Of a DNA stretch of 64,000 nucleotides, positions 1 through 13,814 are shown one piece after another. The stretch covers positions 26,908,001 through 26,972,000 of the forward strand of contig OZ024746.1 in the NCBI GenBank assembly GCA_964016885.1, in the 5' to 3' direction. Every line of letters starts with the position of its first letter. Within the stretch, counting starts at the first letter, position 1. Under the pieces are notes generated by a model. That model was not told the origin of the DNA and did not search any database. It worked only from the letters and a program-made list of their open reading frames with translations. A program made the position numbers and the translations under genes. The DNA is from Eledone cirrhosa (lineage: Eukaryota).

Positions 1-159
1 CATAACATTGATATATTTATTGAAACTTATCATATTTAAACCATTTATATTCTGTTATCTCACTTTTATTTCAATTTATGAAATATTTTGGTTATAAAAG
101 TTGGACAATTGATTATTATGACGTATACAATTACTGCTATGTCAACGTGTTTTACATTG

Positions 160-340
160 GTGTCAATATATTATTGAACTGGGTTTTACTAACAGTGGTG
201 TTAATATATTACTGAGCTGGGTTTTACTAACAGTGGTGTTAATATATTACTGAGCTGGGTTTTACTAACAGTGGTGTTAAGATATTACAGAGTTGGGTTT
301 TACTAACAGTGGTGTTAAGAAAGATATTGCAGAGCTGGGC
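160..340. repeat. 38-bp tandem repeat, ~4.5 copies (AATATATTACTGAGCTGGGTTTTACTAACAGTGGTGTT)
   Basis: Unit seen repeating directly; last copies degenerate. Confidence 0.9.
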
Positions 341-674
341 AACATGAATTAACTAATTACTTTAGGTTAACTAAATGGTATTTTTCAGTGAATCAAAAAC
401 GTTTTGTTTTGTAGTTTGAACTAGTCTAACATTTCATCATAGTAATTGTAAAAGTATTTTATATTTTGGGGTTGTATTCTGCTGCTTGTCTACCCATAAC
501 TCCTCTTGTTCACTTATATTGGATAACAGTTTGTATAACATTCTGGATTCTATTTGAAGAAAGTTTTTGTCAAATCTGTTGCCAAAACTAATTGTTTTGT
601 AGTTGAAGAAAAGTTGTTTGAAATATCTGTAGACTATTTAATGTTGGAAATTTTCAACAGTCTTTTAATATCAA

Positions 675-856
675 CATGAGCCAGTGGAAGATTGGATGCC
701 ATGCTTTGCAGCATAGTTACGCCCCTTTACGGTCTGATTTCAAATCCTGCCGAGGTTAAATTTGCCTTTCATCCTTATGGGGTCGATAAAATAAAACACT
801 GGGATAATTGCTGGCCTTGTGTCAAAAGTAGAAACTATTATTATTATTATTATTAT
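675..856 (+). mobile_element. tRNA-derived SINE (octopus-type) with (TTA)n tail
   Basis: B-box-like TTTCAAATCC, body TTTGCCTTTCATCCTTATGGGGTCGATAAAATAA, AAAGTAGAAAC + (TAT)n tail. Paralogs at 857-1080 and 19995-20172. Confidence 0.8.
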
Positions 857-1080
857 TGGGCAGCATCAGTAGAGCATCGGATGCCATGCTTTGCAACATA
901 CATTTACTTCCTTTTACGTTCTGAGTTCAAATACTGCTACAGTTAGCTTTGTCTTCATCCTTACAGGGTTGATAAAATATAGTACCAGTAATGCACTGGG
1001 GTTGATTTAATCGACTTTACGCTTTCCTTCAAATTATTGGCGTTGTGGCAAAAGTAGAAACAATTGTTATTGTTATTATT
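857..1080 (+). mobile_element. Second tandem copy of the same SINE
   Basis: CGGATGCCATGCTTTGCA...GAGTTCAAAT...CATCCTTACAGGGTTGATAAAAT...AAAGTAGAAAC aligns with the neighbouring copy. Confidence 0.8.
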
Positions 1081-1898
1081 TTCTGTTTGTAATGTTTAAT
1101 GTTTCCAAATGATGTTGACTAAAGAAGTAGATCTCTTGACTTTCTAGTTTTATAAGATCTCACTCCATTAAAAAGTTCATTTCATTTCAATAATGATTTG
1201 ACTTACACTGTATAAACACTTAATACTTCTTCAGAAAGTCTAAATCTTTGATTTCTCATTGTACTGGAGCATTGATCTAAATTTGTATATTTTGTTTTAA
1301 CTCATTATTATTGTGTTGTTTGATTTAATTTTGATTATTTCTATTAGTTTTTTGTTTGACTTAAAGGTAGTTCATTCTCAAGACATTATTTTCTCTAAAG
1401 AAAGTTATTATAGACTGCTATTGGTAGTTATGAGGGAGACATTTGTTGAGACATTCTCATAAATGTTAGATAAACATCAACTTTCTATGTCCTCTAAGCA
1501 CTTCTGCCTTGTCTAAACATTTGTCTTTGAAGCAAACAGTGAGAGAAAACATTGCAATCTATGTTAAATTTTTCCTAACATTAACTTCTAAATATGGAAC
1601 TTTATTTAAATTATGTTGTTTTATAGAACGTTTTTGTCAACATTTAGTATAAATCTACTTCAAATGAATGGTTGCCTTCTTTTATCTGATTGTATTCCAG
1701 TTATCAACATAAACTCTTCGAATTTAGGTCTTTAGTTAAGAAATCTTTCAAATAATGATTAACTTTTCAAAGTTATATTAATGCTTGATTTCAAATACTT
1801 CTCTATATGTCATTGTAATAGCCAATGGAGACGAGTTTATGGTATATATTTTATTTTTCTAGTACCTTATTAATAAATTATCTTGTAGTTTCTGTGAA

Positions 1899-1902
<4 letters not shown>

Positions 1903-1975
<73 letters not shown>
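1903..1975. repeat. Compound (CT)n(AC)n microsatellite
   Basis: Seen directly. Confidence 0.95.
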
Positions 1976-4377
1976 TGTGGGTGTATATACAGGTATAACA
2001 CCAAAGTAAGATGCATGCTGTCAGGATTAGAAGTGTGACTGAAGATTTTGTAATCAAACATTCTGTTGTAAAATTTTGTCAAAATGGTCTTCAATTTATA
2101 TTTTTAGAGCCTGTTTTATGTTTGGCTATAACAGTCTCGAAAATGAAATCATGTTGTAATGATTTTCACAATGATGCCATCTCCATTTAATCTTATTTTC
2201 TATCTGTCTCAAATTTGGATTACATCTTGTTTGTTTCAGGTGAAAAATAATCTAGTTTTCCCATATTGGGAAGTATGGTAGCATTATTAATTCAAATTAT
2301 TTTTCTTGTGCTTTCTAGATCATTGTTTTTATTACTTAAATGTCTGTTAGAGTTTAGCACCAACATGGGTTGCTAAATTGTTTCAAGTAAAATCAAGGTT
2401 AGACTTGGGATTCATTTGAGGTTAAATAATTTGGATGTCATTTTTTTTATTGCTTCAGAAAATGTTTTAAAAGTAACTAACAATTTTTTCATAAATCTAT
2501 TATGACTGATTACTGAGAAATAACTTTTTGAGAAGACCCAAGACTTAGTATGTGGCCGACATTAACATTTACAACACCAATCATTAATTTTGGTGTCTTA
2601 TGGTAGTAAACCATTTGTAAAATATTTTAACAGCAATCAATCATCAAAAACTCCTCATTTCTTATGAATTTTCACATATTTTCTGAAGTTGTAATTTCTT
2701 CTTAGTATATTTCTTTGTGTTCATGTTAGAACACTCCATAGATGATAAAATCTAGTTTGATATACAAAAAACCTCAGTATAAATAATTGTATCTTCTGTC
2801 AGAAATATTTATGAAAAGAAACGCAGAGACAATTTGACCCATGCAAACATGGTAAGGCATGTGTATGGCATGATACAAATAACTTTTAGGTTTTTGTTTT
2901 GGGATTTTGAAAGGAAGTTTAAAAAACTAAAACAGTTTCATAAATTTCTAACACGGAAATGACATCTTTTTCCATATATATTTTTATCTGGTTCTTGACA
3001 TAGCAGCAAATGTACACTAAACTCTATCATTGTTGCCACTATCATTTTTAAATGCTATTTGAAATGTAAAAAGAAAACAAAAAAACATGAAACTGATTTT
3101 TGTTTTTGTTTAACAAAGAAATTAGCTATCAACTTTCTCAAATTATTTATTTAAAACTCTTAAGTTTTTAATTTAATTTCAAATATTGATTTGGATACAA
3201 CCTCATGCTTCTGAATACATCATCATCAGGCTAACAGAGAGTTTGTAGATTTCTTTGGTTCTCCTATTGATCCCATATAATATTCTATATATTCAAAATT
3301 GCTAACATTAATTTTAGAAATAGAAATAAATCAATTATGTTGATTATTTAATTGTATTCTGATTTCTTTTACAAAATGTAAGAAATATTGTTTTCAATAC
3401 ATTCGAAAATATTTTAGTTTTTGTGACATAAAAGTTCTATAATTTACTTGAATTATTAATTTTGATATTTTAACATCAAATTAACTTGTTATTAACTGCT
3501 CACTTAATTTGCATTTCTTAATGATCTTTAGTTTCATTCTTAAGGTTTCTGTTAATTTGCTTTACATCAATCTTATACATCACAAAGAATATTTAATTTT
3601 GTTAATTAATTATGTGATTATTGAATTAATCCCATATCAATACATCTCTTTGTTGAAAAATATAATACTAATTACTATATTCTTTCATTTCCTGTTATGC
3701 AAAAATATGTTCAAGAGAAAGTGGGGTGGGACTGTATAATAGTATAATTTTTCTTACTACTGAAGAAAATATTGGCATTTATAAAGTAACTAACCACTCT
3801 TTGTGGAATTATTTGTTGTTGCTGAAATTTATGTCTAAATTTAACAGTAGTCTCCAGTAGTGGTTTGGTGAAACTTTAATTGAAGATAGCTGTTAATGGA
3901 CCTATTGCTATTGGTTAATGTCTTCATTTTGAAAACTCTTGCTTGTCTTTCCATTACAGATTGTGTGTTTAGAAATCTTAATTAACTTAATATATAATTG
4001 TGCAAACATTTCGATTGTCATTTGTTGTTGTTTTTTTTTATGCACCTTACAATTGAGATAAACTACCAATGCTGAATATCGATAGATTTTTAAACTGCAT
4101 TTTTGTTTACATACTTTCAATCAAAAGACAAATTATAGCAAGTTTGATCAAACCTGAAATGTTAACTGTTGTATATAAATGTTATGTGTATATTTTACTA
4201 GCTACTTGATTTGAAAAAAAATCTTTTTGTAAATATCTATCTAATCAGCATGATATTGGCTTGACCTGACTTATCCATTAACAATGGTTGGGGGTAAAAT
4301 AAATAAATAAATAAATATATTCTCTTTCTTTCAATCAACAATGAAAGATGTATGACATCATGGATCAGTAACATCAA

Positions 4378-4395
4378 ATATTATTATTATTATTA

Positions 4396-4438
<43 letters not shown>

Positions 4439-4793
4439 ATTATATAATTGTGGTTAAATATATTTGATAGCCACTCTCCATGACTGACCCAAGACTGTTC
4501 TACCTCTCTTTTTGAAGTATTCCATTATTGGAGATGAAATCTCTAACTTAAGTGACTGTTGGTGATATAAGCTTTTCTAACTTGATATTTTCATATATAT
4601 TTTTTTTTTTCGACATCATCAGCACCCACCAGATATTATTATTATTATTATTATTATTATCATTATTATTATTATTATTATTATTATTGTTATTATTATT
4701 GTTAGTAGTAGTAGAATATATGAAAACATGTCTACTAATTTATCATTGAACCATGTATAATAGAACACCAGCAATCTGTTTAATGTAGCAGTG

Positions 4794-4832
<39 letters not shown>
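4378..4832. repeat. Cluster of (TTA)n and (TA)n microsatellites
   Basis: (TTA)n at ~4378-4440 and ~4633-4700; (TA)n at ~4797-4832. Confidence 0.9.
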
Positions 4833-4837
<5 letters not shown>

Positions 4838-6189
4838 GGCTTAACATTAAAACTGTCAATGTTATATATAATTTTTTTTTCTTTTCTTTTCTTGATGAAT
4901 TTAAAACAAGAAACATTCATTGAATTTCAATAAATTATCGTACCTACATTAAAATTAGATATATAGCATCTTGAAAAATAAAAAAAAAATATTGTAAAAA
5001 AAAAGGTTTCTTTCTTTGTGAGCTTTTCAGTTAAATCTCATGTTTTCCTTTTTATTGAAGCTGAATGTAATTTATGGTATGATGAAAAAAACAAAAACAA
5101 AAAAAAAAAACACTATATTTTTTTCATCAAAATGTAATATTTTCTGTTGACAACCATCCACCTTATTACTATATTTTTGTTTTTAAAACATAACTGCTTA
5201 TTTTTTCTTTCCTTTTTTCTCAGTTTTTTTTTTTCCTGCTGTTTCTCTTTACATCTGATGTTCCAATTTCAACATTGCAATTTCTGCAAAAGTTTGACTT
5301 TTTACTAAAATAATTCTATTGAAAATGGCTTTCAATTTTTCAAAATAAGTCGACTAACTCAACTCTTTCTGCATAACACTTCACTGGAAATTATTTAAAA
5401 TAATACAAAATATATATGCAAACAATTCAAATTTTAAATCGCACACACACCCCAAAAAGTTGAAATTTGAGGAGAATTTTTATAAAATGCTAATGTATCA
5501 TTTTTAGGGTTGGGTGGTTAAGCTGGCTTTTTCTGTGAAAGAAATAGTTTGTTTCAACAGTTAGATTTTTATTTATGTTTATTTCATACCAATAATCATT
5601 CAAATATTTTGGATTATGTTTTAAATGAAAATACTTTTGAAAAATCATTTGAAAATGTATATTAAGTTTGTTAACAAAATCTATTAGCTCACCACTTTCA
5701 AAATTAGAAATCTGTAGATCATTAAATATGTATTGATTTTATTGGAAATCATTTTATGTAATAAATCTTTTTTGAAATACATGTTAAGGATTTGAGTGAA
5801 AAATCTGACATTTCATATGTTCAAGCTATTAGTTTTGATTCATGTTCATACTTTCTGGTTGCTATCCAACTTTTTTCTACCATGACACACTTATATTTTT
5901 CAATCTTTCTTCTACCAACAACCAACATATATCAACCATTGTCTGTCTCTTCAATTAACTTCTTGACTACTTCTCCCCTTTAAATCATACTGTCAAGTAC
6001 ATTTGTCTTGAAAGAATCCAAATGATGCAGAGTGGCAACGACTGTTGCCATGCAGGAAGCAAGGCAACCTCTTTAGTATTGGTGCTATGATAAAAGGCAT
6101 CCACTTATTAAACTAAAGTGGTGAATGAAGGCAATGTAAGTGGACCCATTATTATTTTTGCTGTAGACACGATGATAAAATGCACTTAT

Positions 6190-8900
6190 AACGTTCCTTT
6201 GTCATCTCTTCTATGAGATTCAGTGTTTTGAGATCATCTCTCACCAGTTCTGCTCAGGTTTTACTTGATCTTCCTCTACTGCAGCTTCCTTCCATTTTTT
6301 CATCCAGTGTTTATCCACATGACCATACCAACAGAGTTTTCTCTATTCCACACTACATCTGATTCCTCCTATATCCAGTTTTTCTCTCACTTCATCCATG
6401 TTCATGCACTTCATCCATTGTTCATACACACTAACTTTATCCAACAAAGTATACTCACTTCATTTCTCTCCAGCCTCCATATACTTTCTAAATTTACTAG
6501 TTTAATTTCCATGCGTCTTTACACTGGCATCATACAATTTTCCTTTCCATGCGACTTTACACTGGCATCACACAATTTTCCTTTCACTCAGACAGAAAAT
6601 CCCATTATTGTCAAGATATAGTAGCTCTCTGAACTCTTTCCATCTTGTTCTTAATCTAGCTACTGTACTCTCTGAGCAAACTCCTCCTCTGCTAATTAGT
6701 TCACCTAAGTAACATAAACTATCAACTATTTGTATGGTACCTTCCTGAGATTGGAAAATATTTATTTCACTAATGTTCTTACTACTAACTATCCCTGTGC
6801 ATCTGTCACATGCAAAGTTTACCTTTTCTGTTTGCCTGCCCACTATCCCACTACACCTTGTGTAAACATATCTTATTTTGAGTACATATCAAGCATGGCC
6901 ACTTTCCTGATGGAATTAGTCTTGTTCTCTTATCTACTTACTAAAACTTTAATCTTTGCTAGGTTTATTCTGAGACACTTTGATTTTTAGTTCTGTTTCC
7001 ACAGATTTAGCTATAAGAACCAAATCATCAACATGCAGAAGTTACCACAGAAAGCCAGTTTTAACTCCTGTTATGGTCAGGGAACTATAGTAAACAGGAG
7101 TGGGCTGATGACTGAACCACAATGAACACCCACCTGTACCTTGAATTCCTCACTAAATTCATTACTTTCAGTTTGCCAACAGCTCCTCTGTACATGGCTT
7201 ACACTGTTTTGATAAAGTAGTCCTCTGCATCCAGTTACCTTAACCATTTAGCATTTAAACTGGATGTAACTGGCCGCTCATATTGATGTTAAAGTATTAT
7301 TCTCAAAATAAATAATATCAAAATCTCTGATACAATATTATGTGAGATAAAGCCTTTACCACAAAAATATAATAGTATATGTAGAGTAATGTCAATGCTA
7401 AAGGGTTAAGGACCACCAGATGACAGATTATGGTACTCTGTCAAAAGTCTTTCCTAGATTAACAAAAGCTAGATATAGCAGCTTACACACTTCAGAACTT
7501 CTCTTGTAGTCTCACTAACAAGATAATGGTACTCCTTCCTAGCATAAAATCAAATTGTATTTCATCTAAATTTTGTTTTTCCTAATTTGTAGTGTTAACA
7601 CTTTTTCTGTTATAACTTGATCAATCAGTTTTATGTCTGTAGTTACTCATTTCAAGAGAATTACATTTTTTTCTTTTAACAGTTGATGATTATACTGCTA
7701 CACAAGTCATTGGGTATGACATCAATATGTATTAACTGATTATGTAGGTGATTAATTCACATTCTATTTCTCCCCAGAGTATTTCAGCATCCCAGTGACT
7801 ATCTCTGATGGTCTGGTGGCCATGCCATTTTTCATCTCCTTCATTGCTTATTTGACACCATAACTGTCTATTTCAATAGCTGGCTTCTACTTGGGGTAGT
7901 CCCTTTTCTTTCTGCCCATTCTCCACATTCATCAACCTCTCATAGTAGCATTTTCAGGCCTCTTTGCAATGCTGAACACTTCATGCTATTTGTCCTCATT
8001 TCATAACATATCAGCAAACCTCATTTCTGTTTCTCTATATAAACCTGTCATCTAGCTTTTCTTATAGCTACTTGATATTGCTTTTTGCACTCCCATTTTC
8101 CTAGTTTTTCCATGCCTGTTTCATATCTTTAATGGATTTGTCTATAGAACTATTCCATCACCAGGTCACCTTTCATCTGGCTGGTACTGTGCTCCTGCTA
8201 CAGATTACATCAGGAGCCTGATGCAGGTTGTCCTGTATAAACTACCAGTTGTCCTCTATCATATATATCTATCTCCACCCTCTCATTATACACATCATGT
8301 AGAGCTTCTCCAAATTTATATTTAACAAAGAGGTCTTTTAACTTTCAGATTATCCTGTATTTCCGATTCTTATTCTGGCGTCACAAATAACTAATTTGTG
8401 TTTGGTGGTGCATTCTTCTCCGGGAAAAGAATTAGTATTCCTAACCATCTGTTTATCTCATTTTCTCATGAGCATGAAGTCAATCTGGCTTGCATGCTTG
8501 TCTCATTGGTAGGGGATCAAGTTGTTGGCTGGTTTCCTGATGTTAGTGGTGCAGTTAATCAGGTCATTTGCATCACTGAATTCTATGAACCCATTGAAGT
8601 CACCAGCTAGGATGATGAAGTCTCTCATTGAAGTTGTCTGTAAGAAGTCCCCATAGAAACAGTCAGTTTTCTGCTTAGATTGTGGTGCATATGTAGAGCT
8701 AACTGTTGTGATTCTATGGCCTGTGGCTATTCTTAGTTTGATAATTTTGCCGAATATTCTAAATATCTTAATTAATTTGTATATCCATTTCTCAACTCGT
8801 AAAATGTCTACCTCACCTACCCCTGTGTCATTTACTACCCAGAAGAGCGTGTATCTAAACTATTTGACTCTGAGGAGTCTGGTTGATCCATTTCTCCATT
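6190..8900 (-). mobile_element. Decayed, near-full-length ORF of an RTE-clade LINE (APE endonuclease + RT + PHD insert)
   Basis: Minus ORF 6568-6843 (FACDRCTG...IVDSLCYLGELISRGGVCSESTVARLRTRWKEFRELL) aligns to the 56873-59428 protein. RT remnants at 7000-7500, APE remnants at 8400-8900. Many stops and frameshifts. Confidence 0.85.
7244..7405. mobile_element. piggyBac-type MITE nested in the RTE RT region
   Basis: TTAA at 7240-7243 and 7406-7409; TIRs CCATTTAGCATT / AATGCTAAAGGG. Removing it rejoins the RTE 'IWWSLR' motif to its continuation. Confidence 0.8.
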
Positions 8901-8959
8901 TTGCCTTTTTCTCCAGCCAAAGAAACCAAGCCAAAAACAAAGTATGAGCAAGACGTGGT

Positions 8960-9008
8960 CACTTGACCCATGCAATCTTGGAAAGTAGATGTTAAATGGT
9001 GATGATGA
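8960..9008 (+). mobile_element. RTE 3'-tail fragment
   Basis: GACCCATGCAATCTTGGAAAGTAGATGTTAAATGGTGATGATGA matches the tail at 59610-59660. Confidence 0.65.
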
Positions 9009-9118
9009 TAGAGAGATTGTGTCTGTGATTTATTAATGGGGAAAATGCAGTGCTACATTGTGTAGTTGTTGTTTAGCTCTAGGTCAGTCATATACTCCAA
9101 AATTTATCTGTAGTCTAT

Positions 9119-10400
9119 AATAGGGTTGGCTGAAAAGTTCATAAGTTGACCAAGATACTCTCACGGAATGTGACCAAATGTTGTTTATTTTTCAACATAA
9201 TCCCTCTTGCTGTCCAAACACTTGTTGCTGTGCTTGGATCCCATTGGTGAAGAAGCTTTCACCTTCTTCTTTGCCCACTTATTCCTGAGAGAGTCATCAG
9301 GGCAGAGTCCTCAAACACTCTTTCCATCAAGTCCTGTCAGAAGTAACCATCTCCAACTAATCTGGCTGGATCCCCAAGCGAGACCAGCCAAGCTCATGGA
9401 TGTTATCCAACCATCTTGCTTGGGGTCTGCCTCTGGGTCTCCTGCCGGTTGGTTTTACACCATAAAATCTGTCCACCGATTCTTTCCTGAGACATTCTAA
9501 CCACATGCCCATAGTATCGGACCTGTGATCTCTCATTTCAGCGAAGTAGCAGCTCTACCTGGAGTGACTTTCTGATCTTTGAACTATGCACTCTATCAAG
9601 TAATGTCACTCCAAAGACCCTTCAGAGGGGCCCCATTTCGACCCCTAATATTTGTGGTCGTATTCTTTTAGTCATAAGCCAAGATTCATGACCATAGGTT
9701 GGGGATGGCACGATTACGGAATTGAAGAGAGTGAGTTAGGCTTTTACACATCCCTTCCTTCTTACTGAAGCTGGTGCAGCAATGCACCAGCTCCTGCAAA
9801 TCTTGTACTTAATTCAGCCTCTTGCCTCCCATTACTTGTGAACATAGCCCTGAGATACATGAATTTTCCCACTTGCTTCAGTGGAACTCCATTCACATGT
9901 AGGCTTCCTGTTGGTAAAAAATGTCATCACTGCGATATTGGTCCCCTGCCAAGTGTTTTTTCATGTTAGGGAACAGATGATAATCATAAGAGGCCAAATC
10001 AGAATAAGGAGGGTGATGAACCAGTTCAAAGCCACAATCGCGCACAGCCGCCATGGAAACCAAGGACTTGAGTGCTGCAGCATTGTCCTGATGAAACAAG
10101 ACCCCTATCGTCAATTTTCCTAGGCATTTGGCCTTAATAGTCTTTCATAATTGCCTCAGCAAGTTTGTTTAGTACTCTCTATTGATGGCGAGGCCCTTTT
10201 GAAGATAGTCAATAAACACAGTGCCTTTTGCCTCCCCCAAAAACTGAGGCCATCACCTTCCCTGCTGATGAAACGACCTTGGCCTTCTTAGGAGCTGGTG
10301 AGGAGGGGTGTTTCCTCTGCATAGTTTGTCTCTAGCGCCAAGTGATGAACACCAAACTCATCCTGGGTTTGGTAAAGTTCAAGGAAACCAGTTGGATCTA
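9119..10400 (-). mobile_element. Mariner (Tc1/mariner) transposon remnant, interrupted at ~9258-9902
   Basis: Minus ORF 9893-10114 GVLFHQDNA...HPPYSDLASYDYHLFPNMKKHL has the mariner HDNARPH and YSPDLAPxDY motifs. TIR-like TATAGGGTTGGCTGAAAAGTTC at ~9119. Confidence 0.85.
9258..9902 (-). mobile_element. 5'-truncated RTE LINE (Rex3/Expander-like) inside the mariner
   Basis: Minus translation has YGHESW..T.RIR, GVTLLDRVHSSKIRKSLQVE and YGHVVRM motifs; (GAA)-type tail at ~9262. Confidence 0.7.
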
Positions 10401-10419
10401 CCTCAATTTTTTTTGTCAC

Positions 10420-10860
10420 AGCATGAGCACCTTACATGGTAGACAAGGGGCTTTTGTTGTGTCACCAGTAAGACCACATTACAGGGTAAGCCATTTCAGC
10501 AGTATTATGGGCAAGCGTGTTCTGCTTTGTACATATGAGTTGGTCAAGGGTGGTGTATCAGATGTGGAAGGTGGGGCTGGAGGATCGCATGTATGTAGGG
10601 GGTCAGATAGGTCTAGTGTGGGGTACTTAGCTGGTGAATGGTGGAGTGATTAATACATGGGAGGAAGGAGGAAGTAGATGTGGCACATACCAGAGACCAC
10701 TAGATGTTTCATCCTGTACACATGGGAAGGTGGATCTCCTACAATACTGCATAACACCAGAGATCACATCCTGTGTCATCACCTTTCACAGCTGTGAACC
10801 AATGACAAAGAGGCTCAAGTTAAGACACAGCTTTCTACACTCTGTGAAACCACTGAACAA
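10420..10860 (-). mobile_element. RTE 3' fragment (ORF C-terminus + 3' UTR)
   Basis: Resembles the 59250-59500 region; degenerate. Confidence 0.5.
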
Positions 10861-11127
10861 CAGAGCTTCTAGTCAGCGCCTGTCCCTGTGGTGCAGCCAC
10901 CTTAACAATGTGGAACACATGCCCTATCTCAGCCCTACAGAATTCCTCCCCCTTGGCTCCTGTAATGCCTGGCCATTCTGGTCCTACCTGAATCATCTGC
11001 AAACAGCTGTTGGTTGCTGTAGAGCCAACCTTCAGAAATGAGGATATGCCACCAATGATGATTCCAACTGCCAATGCAGGCAATTACAAACTATGAAGCT
11101 CCTAGTTTGCTCTAATTTTGAAGATTT

Positions 11128-11182
11128 CATCATCACCATCATCATCATCTTCGTTTAACGTCTATCTTCCACGCTAGCATGC
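11128..11182 (-). mobile_element. RTE 3' tail
   Basis: (TCA)n-CGTTTAACGTCTATCTTCCACGCTAGCATG is the reverse complement of the family tail. Confidence 0.75.
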
Positions 11183-12303
11183 ACACTTAATGACCTTGAA
11201 ACCTCAACATCCCGGGCAAGACTGTGCACAACACTAGATGGATGTGGTATAGCAACTCTATAAGAAGATAATCACCTTTGAGAGGTGCAATTGTGTGAGG
11301 TTAGTTTTTATCACCTCATCCTAAGCCATCTTCTTCCATAGCTGCCATTAACTTAAAGTGCCATTGCATGAATGCTGAAAGAAATATTCCTGGAGCAGGG
11401 TTCTGGGGATGAGTAGGAATTTGGAACAACTGACTTCTTGAAACAATGTTTCTGCGGATCGAATGCCATGTCATGTTCTGGACACCTGCAGGGTCATCAG
11501 CCCATCACATGAAGAAGAAGAGGATGCCAGCAACACTCTAGCCCTGCAAAGGTCACAGTAGGGGCAACAGCTACTCAGATGGATTTCAGACTTCAAATTG
11601 CATGAGGTGATCTTGAGATTAAGTTAGAGAGGGAGACATGGAGTTATGGGTGCCTTGTCAGAAATATGGGGAGCAGTGACATCATGTGAGTGGAAAGTGA
11701 TTAGGATGGTCTCTGCCTCTTTTTCTTCATCCAGTGTAAAGTGCAGACATCTCCATGGGTGAGATCTAGGTATGATGTAGGCATTTCTGGCCAGAGTCTG
11801 AGTTGGTAGAGTTTCACAGATTTATGCCACTAGATAAAAGCACTGATTGAGGCAAGACTGCAAGGTATGTGAATTTACATTTCCCATTTCACAATATATA
11901 TTCTGGATTGAGCTGTAGAGTTACTGTCATAATACATTGTGTACCTTGGGGAAACTAAACTTGGCACAGTACATCCCCCTCCAGGTCTGGCAACAGCCAA
12001 TTTCTTTGAGAAAAAGTAGCTAATGTTAAACAGTATGAAGAATGAATAAATCAATATAGAAAAAGAGCAGAAATAATTATAGAGGAATTGAAACAGAAAT
12101 GTCAGACACAGGGAAATGATTCCTGATGCAGAAGAGGTCCTGGGACAACAATGTGAAAGCTGAAAAGCTAGAAGGGTTTTAGATATTTTTTTCTAATCAG
12201 TGTATTTCTTTATTACCATATAAACATTTTATATTTTAAAATGTGAGAGAATACATGTACACTCAATAACAATTTTTTAGGCAAGCCAACACATTCATTC
12301 TCA

Positions 12304-13133
12304 GCATTGCCACACGTGTGACAGCAAGACACTGCATTGCTACCCAGGAGACAGGTGGACTCAGGGCATTGCCACCCAGGTGACAGCGAGACTCATGACT
12401 TTGCCACCCAGGTAAACAGCAAAACCCACAACTTTGCCACCCAGGTGACAGCGGGACTCACAACATTGCCACCCAGGTGACAGCGAGACTCATGACTTTG
12501 CCACCCAGGTAAACAGCAAAACCCACAACTTTGCCACCCAGGTGACAGCGGGACTCACAACATTGCCACCCAGGTGACAGCGAGACTCATGACTTTGCCA
12601 CCCAGGTAAACAGCAAAACCCACAACATTGCTACTCAGGTGACAGCGGGACTCACAACATTGCCACCCAGGTGACAGCGGGACTCACAACATTGCTACTC
12701 AGGTGACAGCGGGACGGGACTCACAACATTGCTACTCAGGTGACAGCGGCACTCACAACATTGCTACTCAGGTGACAGCGGGACTCACAACATTGCTACT
12801 CAGGTGACAGCGGGACTCACAACATTGCCACCCAGGTAACAGCAAAACCCACAACATTGCTACTCAGGTGACAGCGGGACTCACAACATTGCTACTCAGG
12901 TGACAGCGGGACTCACAACATTGCTACTCAGGTGACAGCAGGACTCACAACATTGCTACTCAGGTGACAGCGGAACTCACAACATTGCTACTCAGGTGAC
13001 AGCAGGACTCACAACATTGCTACTCAGGTGACAGCGGAACTCACAACATTGTTACTCAGGTGACAGCGGGACTCACAACATTGCTACTCAGGTGACAGCA
13101 GGCCTCCCTCACAACATTGCTACTCAAGTGACA
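12304..13133. repeat. 32-bp minisatellite, ~25 copies (TGCTACTCAGGTGACAGCGGGACTCACAACAT and variants)
   Basis: Direct tandem periodicity; three variant monomers cycle in the 5' half. Confidence 0.95.
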
Positions 13134-13439
13134 GTGATGCTAAGGTGCTAGATTAATATGGGAACAAGTAATTACAAATGAAAAATATATTGACATTTAT
13201 AAAATTATGGATAGTAATCAATACCATTAAATTTCTAACTAGAAACAGCCTGGTGTTTAAAGCTACTGGTTAAAGAATTTGGGTTCTTTACATTAACGAA
13301 TTGCCCCACAGCCAGACAGCATCTTTAATAGAGTAACAATACTTATGTAATGTACTATTTGATGAGGCTGACACCAGCAAACTGGGACCTCTTTAAAACT
13401 TACATGTGGCAATAAGTTGTATTGGTAATTCAAACGTTC

Positions 13440-13595
13440 ACTTTGTCATATAGTGTCACACTGAATCTCCCTGAGAACTATGATAAGGGTACATGTATCT
13501 GTGGAATGCTGAGCTACTTAAACATTAATTAACGAGTAAACTGTTCTTTTGATTGAAAAACTGGAACAGTCATCGTTGAAACTGACAGTGGTCCA
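13440..13595 (+). mobile_element. SINE body fragment (second family)
   Basis: TCACACTGAATCTCCCTGAGAACTATGATAAGGGTACATGTATCTGTGGA resembles an abundant octopus SINE body as I recall it; no second copy in the window. Confidence 0.5.
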
Positions 13596-13814
13596 GCATG
13601 TTAATGTGAATATATAAAGTTTTACACATTCACAGGCACTTCTATCTGGCTATAATCACCCTACATAATAAAATGAAGAGTAAATGATTGAGATCAAAGA
13701 CTTGCAGGAGTTAGCGAGAGCAGCTGACAAACATTTTCTATCTACAAGGGTTACGATCAATGCCATGAGATCGGCCCCAAGATATGGTGAAATAATTATC
13801 TTTAATTGTTTTTT

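Noticed and set aside
2240-2281. Exon after TTGTTTGTTTCAG (VKNNLVFPYWE)
   Set aside because: Very short, no homology; such acceptors occur by chance in AT-rich DNA.
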